Source: Phoronis australis
Taxonomy: Eukaryota; Animalia; Phoronida
Direction of reading: 5' to 3'
Assembly (NCBI GenBank): GCA_002633005.1
Contig: NMRA01000337.1
Location: 248,001-312,000 of the forward strand
DNA: 64,000 nucleotides
Under the pieces are notes generated by a model that saw only the letters and a program-made list of their open reading frames with translations, had not been told where the DNA came from and did no database searches. The translations under genes and the position numbers were made by a program. Shown piece after piece: positions 49,601 through 61,600 of this stretch. Position 1 is the first letter of the stretch. Each line of letters begins with the position of its first letter.

Positions 49601-52600
49601 CCGTAAACTCGCTGGTTACGTAACGCCCATGCCCGTGTAATCACCCATTTCCGACTTTTGGTCAATTTTCGGTTTAAACGCCCACTGCTTGGGTAATCGT
49701 CCATCTCCTACTTTGAGCTAATTTCCATGTAAGCCTCCACCTCTCGGGTAATTGCCCATCCCCAACTTACGGCTTACAGAACTTGCGCTTGAACTCGTGC
49801 TTTTATTCAAAGCTTCGCCTCGCGCTCAGACTTCCGTGTTTCCGGAAACACGGCGTGCTTACACATGCGTACAATTGTCTCGAAAAGTACGTTTTTCAGC
49901 CACGTTTGTGGAATAACTCAACCGCTGCAACCACCTTTATCACACTTATCAACTGATCTTTTGTTAAATTAATATAGGCCTGCTCCGTAAACTTTTATAG
50001 AAGTGACGCTAGTCTATTACGAAATTAGGCGTACGATGTCCTGGTCGTCACTGACTTAGGTTGTCTGGGTGACATTTTTTCGAATTACCTACTAGTCTAA
50101 ACTTTTTTGTATTTAGACACCATTTCCGATGCTTTTTCGAGTTCAGTAGATCAAATTTTTTGAGTGCTTGGCATGAGCAGGTACAACTTCGAAACGTCGC
50201 TATGTATTTTCAGATGGAGCACTTGATTTTGCTAGATTTTTTACACATATTTGAATTGACCAATTAATCTAACCCCCTCTCGTTGTAATTGCACAAACAG
50301 ACCACGTGATTTTGATAGATTTATTTCCTGGGTCAACTCACATTTGAGTTGAACAATTATTCACACCCCCTCTCGTTGTAATTGCAAACGGTTTGTGTCG
50401 GTCAGGAATGAATACTTCGTGTTTTTGATCCAGCGACTGATAAACTAAACATTGAATCGAAAGTTTATCGGGTTTAATTACGCAGATGACATTAACAACA
50501 ACGAGGCGGGACCAGAAGGGTTCCAACTAAACACAGTCGTACGAACAACACTAACAATACAATGGCGCTGGAAACGACATGTAGTCCCATTCACTTATCT
50601 GAAACGGTGCTTGCTGATACAGTAAGTGGACTGCCATTCGAGTTTCATAAAGGTCCGTGGTATGACATTTTGCAGCACACTAATATATTTGAAAATATAT
50701 TCAAAATCACCCTTTCAAAGTCAAAATCCTATTTCTTTTTGAGCCGTGAGAAATTTTGTGGTTGTCGGGTCCATTGTTTGACCAAACTTACAAGTTCCGT
50801 GCTCAAATGAACAACGCGCGAGCTAGCCCAGTTCAGCTAAAACTTGGACTTGGCCACTGTTTGGGTAATCGCCCAACCCTGACTTTTTGCCAATTTTTCA
50901 GTTTAAGCACCCACTGTTTGGGTAATCGCCCACCCTGTCTCAGGGTTTCCCAATTTAAGTGGCTTTAACCCACGAGTTTACGGTATTTCCGAAAGTTTCT
51001 AATGCCATAAAAAATGTGTTTTTTAGAAAGAATTATGAAATTAATCGTAATTGGTGTTTTTAAAGTCAAAATGACCCACTGATACTGAACACTTCCGTGC
51101 CCTTACACCCCCCCCCGAATCTCCCAAAAAATAACTGTTCGACTGTCACGCATCCAGTCACCCGGTGACTAAATATCGGCCTTACTGAGACAATTCTAAA
51201 ATGTTTTTAGCAGATGAGATTAAACAAGTGCTAAATAAAACACGTTCTGCTTTACTTCTCGTGTTTAATTTTTTTAGTTGCACACCTAGATCGTTACATC
51301 GCGTTTACTCTGGCAAATGAACTCTAATGACACGCACGGGCTCGCTCACTCACACACGCAGACGAACTTCAAAACAAGCATTATATGACAACAACATGTG
51401 TATTCGTCCAGATTTTTCTCATGATGCGGAGTACAATCTAGCGCAAATTTGGACTTACTAATGCAGTTAATCCCTAATCCACAGGAACTTAAAAATGTTA
51501 GGGACGCTATTTTAAAAAGTTAAGGACTTCAGGTAATTTGTTGAGTCGAAACTATATTTTTACTCAAGAACTCAAGGTGACCTATCGGCAATCGCGAGGC
51601 AGCGACACATCAATCGGCGCGTTTCCGCACTGCCAGGGGATTTTCTGAAAGACGCTTGTAATTTAACAACAAAGTTTGATAGCAATGCATTGCAATTTCC
51701 TAGAAACTCTGTCACAGAGCATAAATTTGAATTGTAGTTTTAGGTTACAACTTCACCTGTTTCGAAGACCGGGCTTCAACCACTTTGAGCTCTAATAAGC
51801 ACCCCCCCCCCTTCCTAGAGCAAATTTTTTTTAAGCGCCCTGGGCACTTATTACAGTGAATACGGTAAGTCAAATGTTAACTCAATATAAGATGCTGCTC
51901 CTTTTTTACCCCCCACTAAAACATTGTACATAGTGCAGGATATCACACTCATAGTGCTGCATATATAATGTACAGAGTGTAGGATATCACACTCATAGTG
52001 CTGCATATATAATGTACAGAGTGTAGGATATCACACTCATAGTGCTGCATATATAATGTACAGAGTGTAGGATATCACATTCATAGTGCTGCATATATAA
52101 TGTACAGAGTGTAGGATATCACACTCATAGTGCTGCATATAAAATGTACAGAGTGTACGATATCACACTCATAGTGCTGCATATAAAATGTACAGAGTGT
52201 AGGATATCACACTCATAGTGAGGCCTATAAAATGTATTCTACGTCTTACTTCTGTGGTATGCAGTTTTTTATGCTAATAACATAGTAAATAATTGAATTT
52301 AAAAAGAACAAATTATGCATTACTCTATCCACATTACTCTCTAGTAAATAATTCTGTCAGTCAAAGCATACTTACTTTAGTTTTGCCGTTCTTTATGATA
52401 TGACCTTCGTCCAGAATACAGTAATTCCACTGAATGGAGCTGAAGAAGTCTATATCATTGCGGACAATATCATAGGAGGCCACAATGAGGTTATGCTTGC
52501 CGACAATGCCACGTAACCTGCAATAGGTACAGTACAGTAGCATGCTTTAATAACTCCTTGACGGTCACCACTAGTGAATGGGGCTGTATTCTGTTGTCGC

Positions 52601-55600
52601 AACAAACTCACAAAAGGAAGATCCCACAAGTCTTCACGAGACATCCAAACACATTACAAATGAGGCACGTGATCACCCTTATATCTAGCTTGACTCACAA
52701 GAGTCTTGGATTTATAGAACACTGTCCACGGCCAGGGGTTTAGGCAGTCCAGGGTCAGGAGTCTAGGTAATCCAAGGTCAGGGGTCTATGCAGCCCAGGG
52801 CTAAAGGTTTATACAGTCCAGGGTCAGGGGTCTACACAGTCCAGTGCCAGAGGTCTATGCAGCCCAGGGTCAGGGGTCTACACAGTCCAGGGCCGGGGTC
52901 TGTGCAGTCTACAGGGCCAGGGGTCTACACAATCCAGGGCCAGGGGTCTACGCAGTCCAGGGCCAGGTGTCTACCTGGTTTACGCTGATTGTTGCCCAAT
53001 TCTAGCTTGCACCTGAGAACATAGATGTTTGAGACTGAACACGGAAATTCGAGTTTTTACTAGTTTGTACCCTGAATCTAGGGTTAGTCAAGTGCAAACA
53101 TGGAATTGACACTCACCATAATAAACCATAGGTGTTTTGTGCAACCATGAGGCCTGCGCACGTCTGATGCACCGCAAATGACATCAGACCACCTGCACTG
53201 TTTTTTTTTATAAACCATAGTATACTTAAGCACATAATAATAGAGCCTCATATCATCTCAGCATTGAAGTAGAATGAAAGATGTTACACATAATTTTGAG
53301 CTCATTTTCAAGTACAATTACGACACCCTGATGAGGTATAGTGGAAACTATTTGTAAATAAGTCCATGAGACGAGACTGCTACTGATTGTTAGCACAAAA
53401 ATAAGTGCCATACCAAACACTTGATCTTATTGGAGGTGTACGGTACCAACGGTTGAGTCCCCAATAATAAAGCAGTTAGAGACATAAAATCGCATGTCAA
53501 AATTGGTGGTAATATACATAATTGAGGTGGAGTACAGCTAGCACCAACAACCAATCAGTGAATCATTATAGACACAACGCATACGCCTTTAAGCAACTTA
53601 AATAAGTCAACAACAACCACAATACTAAAACTAAAATCTCACAAATTTTAGTCAAATTAATTACTGCTAAATTAATCTTTTTCATTTATCAAATGTTTTT
53701 AACATTTTTGTGAATGCCGCGAATTTCTCAAAAACATTGTCTGAAGTTAGGTAATATGTTCTTTATAGAACTTAAAAATGATAGAGCAATTATCAGGCGT
53801 ACTTATTTCACCAAAATGAAAAAAAACCCAATAATTTGCACTCGTTTTGTCTGGCGACATTTGATGTACTTATAGCATCAGCACTTACAATTCATTCCAT
53901 AGTGTGTGTGGTATATGTGAAACATAAATGACATCAAACCCATTATAATCAAGCACTAAAGACAGATAATTGTAAGTACCTTATCCTCTCCCCAGGTGGC
54001 CCTTGAAAGTTGAGTGGATTGAGGTAAGCTTTGTCTACAAATTTCTCCACTTCATATACCCAGTGACCAGTCAGCGTGGGAGGACAGACAACAATAGAGG
54101 GCAGTGGTGCACAGTCTGCCTGCTTGCTCGTCTGAAAACCAGAGAAGACCACCATCCGTATTAAATTTTTATTACGCTGTTATGTTTTGTACAAATATAA
54201 GAGATGACACACATAAAGAATTCTACTCAACTTCAAAGCTTTCTACATAGCAAAAGACTTCGCAAAATACAAATTTGATATCGAAACGTGAGAATGAAAG
54301 AATAAAGAATCTGACTACATGGTCTAACGACAGCTTTTAAGTAAATTTGTCTAGTAAATTATTTGACAACTCAAAATGCTTTTCTCTAGAACATACACTT
54401 ATACGACAGTGTTCAAACAACAGCTACAATACCCAAAATATTACCTTATATTTCTGGGCCCTTGTCCAATGATCACCAGCTAATATACAAATAGATTGTA
54501 GCGTTTTACCCAGTCCCATGTCATCACACAATATACCATGAAGTTTGTATTTGTTCAGAAAAGACAGCCAATTGATTCCATCCTACAAATAATCAAATCA
54601 TATCCATTAAATCATGGTGAACTTTCACTATAGCAAAAGTTACTAAGGAATGAATGAACCAATCAAGTTGCTGGACTCAAGTTTTGCCACGAAATTAAAC
54701 CAAATTTTTTGTACGTTATATACCAAAACAAAGAGTGATCTTTGATCTGGGGCAAAAAATTCCCAAAACTTCATGTGCTAGAATTCTCTAACAATAATTG
54801 CAAAAACATTCACTTATCAGTGTCACCAGAAAATCGTGTTACTAAAAAAATCCAAATTTTGTGAAAACTCCAAAAATCTAGTCTTACTTTCACTTCCAAA
54901 CAACTCAAAACGATTCGAAAAATGGTAAGAGCCAAAGATTCAGCAACTTTAACAACTCTAAATATCCCTGAAAAGAAAATTACGAGCCAACATGCAACAC
55001 ACTGAGCAAGCTTCCCCAATTCACACAAAAACACAACAGGCTAAATTGCTTCCACTGAATATTTCAGAGGACAACTTTACTGCCAAATTTATCACAAAAT
55101 ACAAAAAAGTAATTAAAAGCCCCATCTAACATTGTAGGTCTGCTTATTCCTATTCAGTTGAATATGTTACCTGTTGGTATTGTCTCAGCTCGGCTTTTAC
55201 AGGAACAGGGACAGTGTAGGATTCCACTTTACTGCCATCTAGTAGCTGTTCCAGGAACTGCCTCTGCTTATCTTTCTGCTGGGCCAGAGAGGCCTTCATG
55301 TGAGGAGGGTCAGGGATGCCAGCCTAGACACAATATGCATAGAAGTAGAGAGTAATAACACAAGTACACTGGTCTAATAATGGTAACTTCTTTATTGGAT
55401 TCTTTGTGACCATAATGTATATGTATATGCATATGTATATGTATATGTATATATATATATGGAGGATTACATTTCAGCCACTATTATGAAGAGATTCAGA
55501 CCCCTAAATAGGAGTGGAAAATGATGCAGTCACATCACATTTTCAAAAATTTTGAAGATCTTGGATTATTTTCCATTCAGGAAACACGGGTGCACTTAAA

Positions 55601-58600
55601 CACTTGCAACTTTTACTAAAATCATGCATTTTGGCTTAATCGGTGCGAGACAACAGTTGCACCAATGGGAGGAGAGAAGGATTAAGATTTACAAGGCACA
55701 TAGCCTGGTAATAATTTTCAAAATGCTTAATAATTTACAGCACTATGTAAATCTAGCCTATTTAGGGCTGTTCCAGCAAAATGGGACGGGGGAATGGCAA
55801 CTGAAATAAAAATAAATGGGTGGTTGTCTACTGAAACAAATTTAAATTATGGGTGGTCCTTCTTGAAAGAAGTAAATTTATAAAAGTGGGTGGTGTTTTT
55901 TGTCCTGTAAATGTTGGCAGGTGGGTAATTTCAGCCAAACACTGACCATAATACCATCTAAAACAAATCAAAACTCACAAAAAATCCATTTGGCACATAC
56001 CCAAAAATATTAAAAACACAACAAAACACGCCCATGTTGCTAGTGTACAGATTGCAATATGTACACTATGCCATTACTCAAGTCACGGGCAACTTGATTA
56101 CAGGCACATGGTGTACTGCAGTCATATTAGAATGAAAATTACTGTAGCAACACTAAACTGGTGTTAAGACATTAAGAAAATTGATGAATTTTTAAATAAA
56201 AAGTATGAGGAGTCAGACAGACAAGTTCCAGTATTCAGTTGGCATAGCAACCTAAAAGTGTTCATGGATACAGTTTGAGATTCGTAGCTCCATGAAATTG
56301 AAAATTTTTTATTGAAATTACAGCCACATGATCGACAGAGACACCTGGTAGCTGCCAACAGTGTTGCTCACAAGTGTCTTTGTAAAGCAAATTTTTGGTA
56401 ACTGACATGAGTTGTGATCTCACATGGAATTTTTTTGCACCCACAAAAACTTTGTGTTTGGTCGGTCTGTCATTTTCATTTCTTATCCATCAATTATTTT
56501 AAGATCTGCTTGGCAGATCATGCATAGAGGTACTTGGCAGGGATGCACCAGCACCAGTCGATTTTCAGATGGATTTGGCTACCATGGTACCCCATGTTGG
56601 CCTCTTAAATTTTCAACAAGCCATTCCTTGTGCGTTGATTGATGGATCACGATGAAATTCAAACCGAGGTATATGGCAAGAATGTGCCAGCACCAGTCAA
56701 TTTTTGAACGGATTCAACCACTGTGGCACCCCTTGTTAGTTTTCGACTGCTCGAGTCATAGGTTGTCCGTCAATTATCTTGAGACCGCTCAACGGATCAT
56801 GATGACATTTGGCATAGAGATAGATGGCTGGTATGCACCAGCATCAGTCGATTTTCAGACAGATTTGGCTACTGTAGCACCCCGTTGGCCATTTTAGTTT
56901 TTGACAAAGACAAGTCGATTATTTCAAAAACTACATTTTATATTTCAACCTAATTAAAAATTATGGGTTGTGGGTTGCAGAAATTAAATAACAATATGGG
57001 CATGAAAGTGTTCTCCTACACATTTTTACTGGAACAGCCCTGACTTATTACTGTTTTAATTTTGGCATTTCAATTTTATTTGACTGGGTTCAAACTTTCA
57101 AAGCACCAAATTGACTTCAAACTTAACGATTGAATAGATGAAACAATGAATTCCATAATTCTCTGAAGTCATCATGTTAAAGTAGCTAAAGGAAATTGCT
57201 GGTTGAGTAACAATCAGAATGTCTGACCATTGACAACAGGTCACAAAAATATTAAGTGAAAATGACATAATGAAAGTGACGTGAAAAGGTCAAACAGAAA
57301 TTTTGACATGCCCAATCACTTGTAGGACATGATTATAATACCATAGCAACACAAACACAAGACTATCGCAAGATATTGAACGCAACTGTAGAATGTGCCC
57401 CAAATCTGACTGTGAACAACTTCATTGAACTTGAACCAGGAAAATCGCATCCAAATGTGGCTATTCTACACTAAAATTTGTTTCAAAAATGCATTAACTT
57501 CCACATACTTTGGCTTAATTGGGCATCTGTACGGTCACGATAGTGTATTTGAAATATTTTTTCAATGAGCTGACTGGTAAAACACCTGAAGAAATCGACT
57601 CCATTCAGTGAGTAATCTATTCACTGTCTACCACATGCACTAACGCACCCTACCTCCAGTGGCATGAGCCTGACCATTGTGGCAAAGCAGCTTGTGGCCA
57701 TAAGGCGAACACTCTCATCTTGGTCACTCATTCGTCCCAAAATAGGCACAACCAACAGGACTATATAAGGGAGGACGCTGATACCTAATGTGTCAATCAT
57801 GTCTTCAAATGGTTGAGGAATGGCACCGCTGCACATGTTCATTTTGAATTAATTTTTTTAAAACACATTTGAAACATCACTGTATAACATCTGATGAGAG
57901 TTCAATACCTGTCCATCAGTAAAAAAATGAAGTCAAAATGGTGTACTTTCATTGAAAATACACACTGATGTCTCACAGAATCTTTCAAGATCTCGCTTTT
58001 CTAGCAAGTTACTAGCATTACTCAACTCGACTCTGGACTCCAGTAATAGTTGTGTTAGCACAACATTTGATTTAAAGACCCTGGACTCCAGTAACAGCTA
58101 TGTTAGCACACCATTTGATTTAAAGATTCAAAGGAACTCAAAACCCAGTTGAATGTCAGTTAAATTGTGTGAAGCGAAAGATCACAGGAACCAAGCACAC
58201 CACTTTCCACATTTCATGAGTACCACAGACTTTAAAACACCAGACTCCATTTCAGTCAAGGCTTCATTTCAGTCTTAAATCTATGAAAGTTGCTATTCGT
58301 AAGATGTTTTCATCACAGAAAAGGCGCAAATATATTGATACAACCCTGTCACACCTGCGAGTAACTTAGTTGATAGTTACCTAAATCATGAATAAAAGAC
58401 TTTGCAAAGCAATAGTGACATTAACTGAACACAATGACTCTTACTGCCACCTGACTGCAAAAGAAGGTACTTTTATCTTTTAAAAGGGAACAATTTTGAA
58501 TTTTATAAAAAGAAAGTTTTTTGTATTGGGTCTCATCTTGGGCTTTATCAAAACAGTTCAGCATTATCAAAAGGTCCTTAATAATAAGTCAAGGGTTTCG

Positions 58601-61600
58601 CATGAATCAGTCAACTTTGCAATGCTTTTCCATTCATATTGCAATCAGTAGAAAATACCAAATTGCTCAGTCTCATACAAGGATACTAGCCAGAAGCTCA
58701 ATAGCTCCCTGCCTCTGTGGTGAGTTGTCAGACGCCCCCAACATTGGAATGACATTTTCCATCACAAAATCCATGGTCTCCGTGGTTACAAGAGAGGCCA
58801 GTCTAGCCAGACATCGCGAGGCCATGTGACGCACAGCAGTCATTGGATTAGCGAGCAGTTTCACCAAACTTGGTAGGTTGAGCAGTAACTGAAAATTAGA
58901 AAAGAGATAACGACCACAATTTTATAATTATTCAAGCCAGCTTGAAACTAATTTGCTTTCGCTAACAACAGAAGCACGTCCACAAAAGCTACTTTCTTGG
59001 GACAGCTCACAAGTTCATTAAGTCCAATACAAGATCTTCCAACTTTTGGAAGGTCAGCTGAACACCTTACTAATGATCTTCCAAGCCCATATCAACAAAT
59101 ACTAATGATCTTCCAAGCCCATATCTACAAATACTAATGACCCTCCAAGCCCATATCAACAAATACTTAATGACCCTCCCAGCCCATATCAACCAATACT
59201 AACGATGTTCCAAGCCCATATCAACAAATACTAATGACCCTCCAAGCCCATATCAACAAATACTAATGATCATCCAAGCCCATATCAACAAATACTAACG
59301 ACCTTCCAAGCCCATATCAACCAATACTAATGACCCTCCAAGCCCATATCAACAAATACTAACGATGTTCAAGCCCATATCAACCAATACTAAAAACCCT
59401 CCAAGCCCATATCAACAAAATGCCTGCCGCTGAACCGTACTTGGCACACATCAATCCCCTACAAACATGTGACAGAAATGTGTGAATCCATTTCGGCATT
59501 AAGTGCTAATATCACTTTGTACTACTGAAGTCTTAGTCTAATCTGACTAGTCTCTACACACAATTATTTAATAATATCATGTTACAGTAAATCAATCACT
59601 AACATGCATAAATTACCTTAGGATGTAAATCTGCATGAAGTGCTGGGCACATTGTTTCAAACAACTGAAGACTGTTGATAAGATCCTGAGCCTCCACATC
59701 TGCAGTGCTGCCATCTTTAGGCACATCTGAAAGTTACTAACACTAACAATAAATATGCCCAATCAGGGAAACTGGCAACAGAGCAGACACTCAAGAAAAT
59801 AACTTTAGACTGGCCACTTTTGCACCCATGAGAAGACAGGACATTTGGGAATTTCGATTGGGGAACTGCTGTTGTTTGTCAAACACACAGACGGATGATT
59901 GCCAAGTAGTAAACTTCTGGTGACACCGATAACTTGAGGAAGCAACTTTATTTATAATTTGTATTTTAGGCGAAATTTAACTTCAGTGTGACCAGATGGT
60001 GCGTGCCCCAAGAATATTTTGTGCAAATGAATGTGGAAGCTTGTTGACAGCAGTGCCGTGAATGAAATCCTTCTGAACTGATATCTGTAACTTACATTAT
60101 GGTGCTTCGTCGAATGATTTGCGTAAGTTGTGGGTGGTTACCAGTTGTTCTAGTGTCATTACCTGTGTTATTGTTTGTGAACACATTCATCATACTATGC
60201 CACAAACAGTCTAGATCAGAGGGGAGGCGGCCAGCAAACCTCTTGCCAATCAGTGACAATGCAGTCTCAGCACCACGCCTCTGTACCTGCAGCTCTTTAG
60301 AAGAAGTAGGATACTGCAATACAAGAAGGGTCACATGGTTCCATTAAGTCAAGTGTAACACGGTGCTGAATTTATAACATTTGTATTGTCATAAATAGAA
60401 GAGCAACATGACTACAATAATCAATTGACTTTACTTAATGCCTCATGGGAGACAGCATTAACAATGAGTTGGTATGCACATAAACCATCAACAAACAAAA
60501 ATAAAACACACCTTTTTTTTGCAAAACGGACCAGTAAACTATCAATGTGGTCAGCAACATTTTCATATACAATCATCAAGACATTGTAAATCACATACAG
60601 TGGTATGTAAACTAGTAAAGATACCATTCATATTATACATGAAAAAGTTGATAAATAATGGCATATCATCATCATTATTATTAAACTGATACTTAAGACA
60701 AAGACGTGTACATTATTTGTATCTGCACACACTCCGTCCGGCAGATCTAGACTTGCTGAAGTTGTGAGCTTCCTCCGACCACGTCCAGTAGTTCTATTCA
60801 ACATCTGCAGATGATAGAGAACAATATCTTATGTATTACACAATTTCTAATAGTTTTCGAGTGTTCGACAAACCTAAAATATAAAACAATGTTGGGTTTG
60901 CTTCAAAATAAACCAAACCAAGGACAGACTGTCTGCATTCCATTTGCAATACACTAAAGTAAATACAAGAACTACTGCAGTCAAACTGCATTATAATAAA
61001 CCTGGTTTACATCATTTGCCCAAGTCCCATGACAACATCACTGTGTGCAAAGTGCTTTGGTTAGAGCAAACCTCAGTTACAACAGATGTCTCAGAGAGGT
61101 CCCAAGAGGGCCCATTAAAACTCGATTTGACTCTATGTAGCTTGTTTATTGGTTATCAACATTCAACTGAATACTCCATATAACTGTATGTAGCTTGTTT
61201 AGTGGTTATCAACAATCAACTGAATGCATCACTTATGGTATTTCAAATAGAACAAGTTTACTTTGCTCTACTGTCCTAACTAATCAAGTGTAAGACGCTT
61301 CAGTCATCATACCTTCTGCTGGCTGGACAAGGTGATGATACCATCAAATGTTGTGTGAGACATACCTTCAACATCTGTAATGAAACAACACCAACAACAT
61401 AACAGACACTTTATTTCAAACACATTCTAGCTAGCATCACATTTAATCAAATGTGCCTAAACCACTTTACTAACTATCTATCAGCTGAGTCTAGAAGACA
61501 GGTCATGTAACCAGCCACAACCAATAATCCAGTGGTGATAATGTAAACCATTATTCACTACATAAACATTACCTATGCCATATCAGGATACAACACTTCT

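Noticed and set aside
53325-53352. CTGATGAG...GAAAC hammerhead-like core
   Set aside because: No base-paired stem II or stem I can be drawn.
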